A program made the position numbers and the translations under genes. A model generated the notes under the pieces. That model did not search any database and was not told the origin of the DNA. It worked only from the letters and a program-made list of their open reading frames with translations. A stretch of DNA of 63,695 nt, filler included, from an uncultured bacterium (GTDB taxonomy: Bacteria > Auribacterota > CAZIXI01): assembly GCA_964543115.1 (NCBI GenBank). It is 3 parts of 3 records of this genome, joined end to end, with 100 filler letters (N's around TTAATTAATTAA, not from the genome) between each part and the next. Parts side by side here need not be neighbours in the genome. Positions count along the whole stretch, not along the records: positions 1 to 21,621 come from CAZIXI010000027.1; 2 more parts are not named here. One strand, written 5' to 3'. Positions 12,001 to 15,304 of this stretch are shown one piece after another. The number at the start of each line of letters is the position of its first letter. The stretch's first letter is position 1.

Positions 12001-12860
12001 CCCGCACCCATCTGCTGAATCATCTCCTCTACACTTTCTACCGCCGTTCCGCCACGTTCAGTTAAATTATCCCGGAATTCCGCATTAAGATCCGTACCAA
12101 AAACTCTTGCTCCATCAGCTAAATTATCAATAACCCGGCCCGCCACACCCAGGCCCATCCGGCCCAATCCAACTACACCGATATTGAGTTGCTCTTCTTC
12201 CTTTTTTTGCACTTCTGACAAAGGAACAATGAGCTCAACTGGTTTTTCAGAATAGATTTCTTCCAGGCAGGTATTCACTAAATCTGTAAATTGCGGCTGA
12301 AGTTTTATTATTTCTTGATAATAGGTATCCCCAGAGATTTCAACACTAACTTGCGGCAATCTAGTTGGCAGGTATCTTTCAATAATCCTAATAAATGGAT
12401 CCCTCACCCTTTTACTGGAAGTGAAGCGGTAAAAATAACCATTCGGGGTAAACGAATAGCAAGCAATCCCTCCACTCTTATCGGTAAAAATCAAAGTTTT
12501 AAAATATGGCTCAGCTTCTTTCTGGGTAATGTCTTTAACAGACGCCAGCTCCTGACCGGTATTGGCTTGATGTGCTCTTTGGGATAATTGCAGAACTTCC
12601 GGTAACCGCTTGCCAAAACTGGCTACACTAGTTAGCCCACGCTCAACCAGTCCACAATGATAGGCCGTACCTGTATGAACTGCCTTCATTGTCTGTAAGG
12701 CTTCTTTGACTAAAGAAGTGCTGGCAAGTGTATCTTTTGACTCTACTCTAATTGCTGTAATTCCGGCTGGTAAAAAATTAGTAGATAAAAAACTAAGCAG
12801 AGAAATTGTGGTAATTATTAAGTGGAAAAACTTCCTTACCTTAGTCGGTTTTGTCAGCAT
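1..12860 (-). CDS. Giant multi-enzyme protein (>=4286 aa, 3' end outside window): signal/TM N-terminus, 2x 6PGDH, MDR, B12-radical SAM, MDR, SAM-MTase, cupin PGI, EEVS-type SH7P cyclase, MDR, ROK C7-cyclitol kinase
   Basis: ATG at 12860 with AGGAG about 10 nt upstream. Most of the frame was hand-translated with no stop found, and the same frame is still protein-like at position 3 (...EQAWQLAYNAHNVLPATPQLHHS). The ORF track lists no ORF in this frame, as expected if there is no stop inside the window. Confidence 0.93.
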   Translation of the reverse strand, partial: MLTKPTKVRKFFHLIITTISLLSFLSTNFLPAGITAIRVESKDTLASTSLVKEALQTMKAVHTGTAYHCGLVERGLTSVASFGKRLPEVLQLSQRAHQANTGQELASVKDITQKEAEPYFKTLIFTDKSGGIACYSFTPNGYFYRFTSSKRVRDPFIRIIERYLPTRLPQVSVEISGDTYYQEIIKLQPQFTDLVNTCLEEIYSEKPVELIVPLSEVQKKEEEQLNIGVVGLGRMGLGVAGRVIDNLADGARVFGTDLNAEFRDNLTERGGTAVESVEEMIQQMGAGRKIIMLYVPAGEIVDNVIEQVKPLLNEGDIIIDGGNSFWRDSQRRAGQLKEDRLHYLDMGTSGGIEGAAQGYPLMIGGEEEVFRYCEPALQAIATEGGYGYMGPSGAGHFVKMVHNAIEYIMEAAIGEGLELLTKCVFGFDIDDLIKMTGVWSNGSIIESRLVRWVYEGLKQPGLFERIGSDIGGGSTGTWTEMAAADFASPRELIATVLSQRLSSHVAKDSFRDRIVALQRYMFGLHPFEERPAEFRTEPKQPEEEQPEVESGEQLSIGVVGLGRMGLGVAGRVIDNLADGAKVFGTDLNPEFRDNLTERGGRAVESLPEMIQQMGPGRKIIMLYVPAGEIVNNVIKQVKPLLNEGDIIIDGGNSFWEDSRDRAEALREDGLHYLDVGTSGGIEGAVQGYPLMVGGEEEIFRYCEPALRAIATAGGYGYMGPSGAGHFVKMVHNAIEYIMEAAIGEGIELLTKSVFGFDVDDLIRITGVWANGSIIQSRLVSWVHEGLKKPGLFDCIGSDIGGGSTGTWTEKAAMDFGSPRELIAIVLSQRLASHVMQDSFRDRIVALQRYMFGLHPFEERPAAVKGSHLVREAASEVEEEVITIAVQDSKLVIAQEADGHDKSRAELSAVLKQLVHIYGLGITARVKHIQLVRNLGGAGLYPEGRSPLASYRNGLLKIDLECFNDRCKVEVAEDRLLNIVLFEELEHELLESIGDIVPECNTIMADVVATLKNVRRFLDPNQGVTDEKYRLDPEKYRQAMLSVLRGDNAIDPDGEYFKLLNRLNILQEQGQLDDEAIIYAVISYLCKSKLYEKVRDELGMPEELARTLNNMDLAIDDVLSVLKTVNVLKRYAELMREIQEAERAADELVDTFRSVKTRRVDLEEQRQPNKAVRMREAGKLQIVEEEIPECSERGLVVKIIYAGICGTDFQMYSGERPHNPGILGHECVARIVAVGKQVAGFSMGDIITINPNNPSDQDDIIGHTEENEGLYRRYYHVAHELIERKQIVKVPQNFSLLAASILEPLACAIHGQRIIKDKIKDKEVFIIGAGPSGLLQVILARHYGARKVYLINKTWPRLQQAIEKGIIVPEEAILSADFVEMERKVAEVTNDAGMDIVILNISFHNVMETLDKIVDVTADNGVIHLWGGYTEGDIYRPDEQTAIDCWKIRRSMGGEWIRTKGKNIYWAGTRGASYDNFIEAIELIDQGLIDPRMLVSHVVSLASVPAVFEEIDRTTCLAGKRPGKLVVDVGLDGECQADIQDSVESLEFLFDRGEFDFFFSFPLLAAYLDDISMDRARRYFHKLDLKAQEVGIERLNVQERYVYFRLLVAGGDDFIAQAKGLNSGMREKLRVLIRENDLTIATAGSAVFEVLIAEGRFAYLRKGRLKDAPKVLLVNAHRPSYAKDPDKHYVGNKFVRFQQKASAITASYLALFGIEADIFDLSFGESELQRLKDCIDQNTYFISVKINNPVKEADIDILYWLDKVLAEKFRDKQKPFLVAGGISARENRENLLRKTPLQIIFGTYSENSLVDMCLSVKAAAGRQTTEQFGHVQNLYLKTDEGLRATKKVSVTSRSRTRMNVSFAGFDWKYLELPRYWQTLPGGNVHPQNEHFAQRMVFFFTAHGDICPRQCEFCSYPHFTSHPMRISPESAVEMLASAYRAYPEIQLVNAQDGDILLNEKWAREFVRIWKERYPQIKLKWYVNTHVTTCRDTEYLQFLKREFGVEILSFGQEAASKEVLVQMGKIRRRKVDEEYPLYTEVPLAACKEGIPLVRTSWILFYPSLTQQQLLESIEKMTELIAEGVSVALSAYVLPRRPSRVVVEEKYPLLTREYPLPDNNGKYTIEKLIVPQDPVIKRTAEKSVRSADAVLNELLDRYGWDELAEYGWRRSEAEIPANLEALALFIATLMNLREDSDMECEVELVAAEIRQIETVFRKECEKAKQQVIELVHERAIPVSVERKPNQALRMKKAGELECEDVPIPYCWDDGLVVKILYSGICGTDFQIYRGERPYNPGIAGHECVVEIIAVGRQVEGFRVGDLVTVNPNNPHDQDDLIGHKQDYEGFHQRYYRIDGDLIARGQVFRLPADISLLSASLIEPLACAVSGQEKVKEQVAGKNVFVFGAGPAGLMQVMLSRVYGAKSVHLVNRSLPRLEQAVARGFVSEEETMVFADLEEEVATATAGHGMDVVILATSYIDNLRETLDRIVGAMADKGTILLWGGIPQGFKYKPDGETEIDCYKIRRGCAGRWIPSQGKDILWTGVRGAKESDFARAVELVREGTLDLSPLVTHVLPINAVPRVFAEVNETGELAGQRPLKMVINPWLEDEAPIIELQDELSYIGYLFNAGVFNASFSFQVLNEFLYSLAATEARQYWEMFEEIVSSRGLESLSAQEQYIYLMLGKLANGEVVDAQQLQMWETNMVVGGFSTERSEPSSFINRAVELLETGEHVLKLGEGPTVLDLEPLQEKQCTVVATDTSPTAVAMLQQEIAEKGLEGVSAQVQDINDTFRFADDLFSAVLSRLCLLRYTGDEEIRKTLREIKRVLRPGGKLILQVKSAEDYRYGKGKKLAKDVFVLPDKRVGLDHVRHFWREESLKRILQEEGFVVSALEYSEERLYLADEQPSSLITVIAHSTLYSKYTSAVQQRGNNFVVLPPSSPGEPLTHTTGHYHPGVRVELHQVLRGRAIYALQELKDGVPGEVRLVEVKAGEKVIIPPNFVHLTINPSPTEELVISNHYTDEDEFVYDIDIKREYRLEEITAAEILTPQQFFAGQVEGRTISAEERDRYEYLREHFGLAEEDLPPAAGWVTKHKACAAEVAFEVVSPREIRYQVINTQDLFSADNLTLALCCVVDGVLRKVVVVVDSAVYAVDSYREMIEEYFRVQKIEATLISLEPSEEIKHMDTALGIVKQVQQLGLGRRDVIIGIGGGIVTDIAGFAAQLSDRGIGYIKVPTTLLGLIDAGIGIKTGVNFGEKKNYVGSFYPPIACLNDLSFLQTLDDRQIRCGLAEIVKMAIMSDRELFELLEQKQEELRAEKFQGVNGAHRVIELAIERMLEELAPNLFEKILRRIPDFGHTFSPALEIESGHELLHGEAVAIDMAITTMIAYYSGMCSEDDMNRIINVIIDMGLAVYHPVCDPDMLWARVDDVIKHRGGNLNLPIPVGIGQAEFLDEFCPENLRKAIKYLKERQRERGIDKQPQLAVKMPNYGRLEVVEEQIPECGEEELLIRIVYAGICGTDFQMYRHERPYKPEVLGHECVAQVIKVGSQVTGYEVGELITFNPNNPQDQDDVIGHKEGRGGFHQRYFRVSKELMARGQVIKVPAEVSTLAAGIVEPLSCVVRGQQIIKERIAGKKVLVLGAGPAGLLHVQLARAYEAQRVVLANRSKERLEQAVEMGIVAAEDTYTTDDLTGMDFDVVIIAISYSNVVQTIDQMVDLLAEQGTILLFGGIKSGHIYQPDEDTRIDCFAIKASMIGREIEVKGKNIFWAGSRGATRESFLDAVRLVREGKIDPRKLITHIVSLASVPEVFREVSETGFLAGVRPCKMVIDTSVDGKMVREYQKTAGSDQPGSLPPKQEPQEEGIIESLFVPAGQLGEKAVEIPVHSADLLPHIIAFDVGGTTTRVGVISPAGEIIGEVDRFATPTMKIHAGLPVEELQELLLDRICESVRRLEEMLPGMRFSQLAFSFAAPVTKDGVIVKAASLWGEAENYPLKERLAERLPGRECFIANDVVAASWRYGLRPEYQGKKICLLTISTGIGHKIFDASSPNVDDDKVISLGHLRIDTSADALTCACGEKGHLAAYASGQAAENRLRMKAAADPEGFQASALSAMAPAAELNNEHFAAAVNSGDEFALALLAELTAPMAQELVRIAQTDVDKIVIMGGFVLAIKEAYFESLLKQMLELGLYGKDEAYIRSLFAWAEDDDNDGVFGVAQMLRYQLVEEESTVGEKAADTIEYSQVLTLKESIISRLQKNRERKGGTLTIAERDMLEQAWQLAYNAHNVLPATPQLHHS
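240..1215 (-). other. ROK-family kinase domain, C7-cyclitol 7-kinase-like (ValC/AcbM type), within giant ORF
   Basis: IIAFDVGGTTTRVG phosphate loop, FSFAAPV, IANDVVAASWRY, CLLTISTGIGHKIF, SLGH...CACGEKGHLAAYASG Zn motif, IVIMGGF. Confidence 0.8.
1385..2440 (-). other. Zn-dependent medium-chain dehydrogenase (MDR) domain, copy 3
   Basis: YAGICGTDFQ, LGHECV, NPNNPQDQDDVIGH, VEPLSC, VLVLGAGPAG. Confidence 0.88.
2490..3570 (-). other. Sedoheptulose 7-phosphate cyclase domain, 2-epi-5-epi-valiolone synthase (EEVS) type
   Basis: DHQS-fold motifs GIGGGIVTD, KVPTTLLGLIDAGIGIKTGVN, GLAEIVKMA and HGEAVAIDMA; EEVS-type MLEELAPNLFE, DFGHTFSP and KHRGG. Confidence 0.85.
3820..4100 (-). other. Cupin-type (archaeal-like) glucose-6-phosphate isomerase domain
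   Basis: TTGHYHPGVRVELHQVLRG (cupin motif 1) and GEKVIIPPNFVHLTIN (cupin motif 2), as in cupin PGI. Confidence 0.7.
4190..4730 (-). other. Class I SAM-dependent methyltransferase domain
   Basis: VLKLGEGP (degenerate motif I), VVATDTS, FSAVLSRL, LREIKRVLRPGGKLIL. Confidence 0.75.
5070..6130 (-). other. Zn-dependent MDR dehydrogenase domain, copy 2
   Basis: YSGICGTDFQ, AGHECV, NPNNPHDQDDLIGH, IEPLAC, VFVFGAGPAG. Confidence 0.88.
6540..7855 (-). other. Cobalamin-binding radical SAM domain
   Basis: CPRQCEFC (CxxxCxxC) at 7125-7148; preceded by a B12-binding-like segment (KVLLVNAH...FLVAGGISA) and followed by DGDILL and FGQEAAS.EVL..MGK. Confidence 0.78.
8270..9335 (-). other. Zn-dependent MDR dehydrogenase domain, copy 1
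   Basis: YAGICGTDFQ, LGHECV, NPNNPSDQDDIIGH, LEPLAC, LIIGAGPSG. Confidence 0.88.
10283..11203 (-). other. 6-phosphogluconate dehydrogenase (short, decarboxylating type) domain, copy 2
   Basis: IGVVGLGRMG, IIDGGNS, YLDVGTSGG, GHFVKMVHNAIEY, W.NGSIIQSRL, QRYMFGLH. Confidence 0.9.
11270..12190 (-). other. 6-phosphogluconate dehydrogenase domain, copy 1
   Basis: IGVVGLGRMG, IIDGGNS, YLDMGTSGG, GHFVKMVHNAIEY, WSNGSIIESRL, QRYMFGLH. Confidence 0.9.
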
Positions 12861-12915
12861 AGGACAAATTCTCCTATGCCCTTTTAGCGGAATATTTCTC
12901 ACGTGGCCCCTCACA

Positions 12916-12944
12916 AATATAGCATGCTTATTGCCGGTTGTCAA
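12916..12944 (-). promoter_or_regulatory. Sigma70-type promoter for the giant gene
   Basis: Minus strand TTGACA (12944-12939), 17-nt spacer, TATATT (12921-12916) with extended -10 TG. Confidence 0.7.
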
Positions 12945-13034
12945 CCCTCTAAATATCCTTCAACAAAAATCACCTTAATCAATGATATGTCAAGGCCAAG
13001 ATTGGGAGTCAATTTCTTTACCTCCCCAAGCTTC

Positions 13035-13141
13035 GTCCCAGGCTTCGCCTGGGACTGCCACTATTGGAATGGATATAGACTGCTTGGGGCTGCCCCCGAC
13101 GCGTCGGGGGCTGCTATTATTGGAATGGGTATAGACTGCTT
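13035..13141. repeat. Two GC-rich hairpins, each followed by a 31-bp direct repeat
   Basis: gtcccaggc-ttc-gcctgggac (13035-13055); perfect palindrome cccccgacgcgtcggggg (13093-13110); direct repeats at 13055-13085 and 13111-13141 (3 mismatches). Confidence 0.85.
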
Positions 13142-13162
13142 TACTTCATTTTTTTACCTGCC

Positions 13163-13190
13163 TTGACAAGTCCGGATTCTGTGCTATATT
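13163..13190 (+). promoter_or_regulatory. Sigma70-type promoter for the 13213 gene
   Basis: TTGACA (13163-13168), 16-nt spacer, TATATT (13185-13190) with extended -10 TG. Confidence 0.65.
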
Positions 13191-13212
13191 GTAATAAAAG
13201 CATTGGGGGGGC

Positions 13213-15297
13213 ATGAAAAAATTACATCTATTTCTATTTATAATAATAATATTTTCATTAATACAATCATTTCCCGGGCCATTCTGCGCAAATATAGACA
13301 CACTGGCCCCAACCAGTCTCTTTCCCGCAAAAAGTGACGTTAGCTCTCCTGTAGGATTTATTGGTCCTTATATTATCGTCAGTGGGCCGGTCCGCCATGA
13401 CTCCAAACTGCGGTTGACTGTATTTAATCTGCGTGAACAACAGCTGGAAAGCATTGATCTGCCCATCTATGCCTCGGCACATCTAAGTAATGCCGTAATG
13501 CTGCATATCAGACCCCTTATTAATAAATTAAGCTCAAACATGGATGGCACACAATTCCAGGCGATAAACAGCCTTATTCAATCCGCTATTCATGATTATG
13601 AAGAATCCGAGACAAAAATCCTACTTCTTGAGGATCCGCCCGTGCCTATCTTCAGCCTTGGTGGCTCCGACAATATAGGCGTTACCCTCTGCCTGTCCAA
13701 GCATTCACTGGTCTGGCTGCACGAACTCCTAGAAGCGGTTTGCCTGGAAAGATCTGAACTTCTGGATGCCCTCTGGAGCACTTTCAGCGACCAAACCCAA
13801 AGATGGGTTGATGAAAAAATTAAAGAAAAAATGAACGGCATCATAGACCATAACCGTCACCATCATCTCTTTACCGAAGAAGTGATACAAGAATTATATA
13901 ATCATATTTATATTCATTATACTATCTGCGGATTCACCAGAGAATACCTGCCGACAGAAAACACCGTTACCCACAATGCCATAGCGGATTTAATTACCGA
14001 ACTGGTGGAAGAAGAACCGTTGGATATCACTGCTGATTTAACAACAAACAACTTTCTTTTTACACCAAGAGATATGGAAGGTTTACCTTTACCGGAAGAA
14101 TTGCAAATACCATATCTGGTTTCGGAAACTGATCTAGATGATGAAATAACTGACCCGCTTACCAGGCTGGATTCAGCGGAGGTAACCCTCCCGGGCCTAC
14201 ATAATGAACCGTTTATTAATGAAGCAATAAATAAACTCTTTGATACCGGTGTTCCTTTACAGAATATTCGTAATTTTATTTCCCCTGATCATACCCTGAC
14301 CGATTATAACGATATTAATAAAACTATTTTGGAAATCACCGGAGAACATCCGGCTCAGCTAGAACGCCCGATTCTCCTGCGGGCCATCTGCCGGCTGCAG
14401 CCACCTCAGGGCCTTCCCCACCCGATACCGGACACTATTGCCCGCATTATCGTAGATATCGTCCTGCGTTATTACGCCACTGACCAGCTCCGGGCCCTTG
14501 ATTCTTTGCTCGCTGCCGCACCAGAAGCACTGTGGATATTGGAACAAAATCATATGACCTTTGAAGACATACAAAGAAGAATAATAGACGCTGAAGATAA
14601 GGGTGAATTTTACGACTGGTGCTCTTATATGCTTGTTGACGCGTTACTGCAAGAAGACATAATACTTCCGAGAACAAAATCAACTGTTCCCAACGGGTCC
14701 ACAGCTACTGCTTCGTCTCTGGATACCGGTGACAGGATACTAATCAGTCTAACAAGTGATCTCCTAACAGATGAAAAATACCAACTCATAATCGAACGCG
14801 TAACCAATGGATTTCTAATAACCAGTGTTAACGGCTGTATCAGCTCTTACACCACTACGACAATTGCCCATAAAGATGAATTTCTTTCCTGTTCATCAGC
14901 TCCGGACGGCCTGATTTTTATTGAACCAAAGCAACTAATAGATGTCACGGTACTCTCTGCTCAAAGCACCCTGGATAGAGGCATAAACGAATCATCAGCC
15001 AGTGAACCAGAGGAGATAACGACGCCCGCACCAGCAGACATACCTCAGGAAGCGGAAGTTCTAACAGGAATAATCGATACTGGTGATGATCTGGATCTGC
15101 CGACCATGCCGGGAGCCGAAAAGCTTCGCGTTGAACTGGATCCTGCTTTTGCCCAGGAGTTAAAACAACAGCCGGTAGCCGGAGAAATAGAAGTTAAGGC
15201 TTCTTCTATCCCAGCAATGCCCGATAATGCTGTTGTTATCGACATACCCGGCGATGAAGCTACCGCCCTTATTCGTCCGCTAGATCTTTCTCTCTAA
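13213..15297 (+). CDS. Hypothetical exported protein (694 aa) related in style to the giant proteins
   Basis: Signal-peptide-like N-terminus followed by DTLAPTSL; WLHELLEAV motif; acidic C-terminal region; no recognisable enzyme motif. Confidence 0.8.
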   Translation: MKKLHLFLFIIIIFSLIQSFPGPFCANIDTLAPTSLFPAKSDVSSPVGFIGPYIIVSGPVRHDSKLRLTVFNLREQQLESIDLPIYASAHLSNAVMLHIRPLINKLSSNMDGTQFQAINSLIQSAIHDYEESETKILLLEDPPVPIFSLGGSDNIGVTLCLSKHSLVWLHELLEAVCLERSELLDALWSTFSDQTQRWVDEKIKEKMNGIIDHNRHHHLFTEEVIQELYNHIYIHYTICGFTREYLPTENTVTHNAIADLITELVEEEPLDITADLTTNNFLFTPRDMEGLPLPEELQIPYLVSETDLDDEITDPLTRLDSAEVTLPGLHNEPFINEAINKLFDTGVPLQNIRNFISPDHTLTDYNDINKTILEITGEHPAQLERPILLRAICRLQPPQGLPHPIPDTIARIIVDIVLRYYATDQLRALDSLLAAAPEALWILEQNHMTFEDIQRRIIDAEDKGEFYDWCSYMLVDALLQEDIILPRTKSTVPNGSTATASSLDTGDRILISLTSDLLTDEKYQLIIERVTNGFLITSVNGCISSYTTTTIAHKDEFLSCSSAPDGLIFIEPKQLIDVTVLSAQSTLDRGINESSASEPEEITTPAPADIPQEAEVLTGIIDTGDDLDLPTMPGAEKLRVELDPAFAQELKQQPVAGEIEVKASSIPAMPDNAVVIDIPGDEATALIRPLDLSL

Positions 15298-15304
15298 TCA
15301 TAGA

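Larger units (their letters stand above)
10270..12200. repeat. Tandem duplication with a 987-bp period (the two 6PGDH modules)
   Basis: Matching strings such as tattcaatggcattatg at 10654 and 11641; long near-identical stretches throughout. Confidence 0.9.

Noticed and set aside
76..12587. Many short + strand ORFs in the track
   Set aside because: Antisense shadows of the giant minus-strand gene with no recognisable motifs. The same applies to the short + strand ORFs over 15.4-21 kb, 26.4-42.5 kb and 45-63 kb.
13055..13141. Possible mini-CRISPR array
   Set aside because: Only two imperfect repeats, a 25-nt self-palindromic spacer and no cas genes in view; kept only as a repeat cassette.
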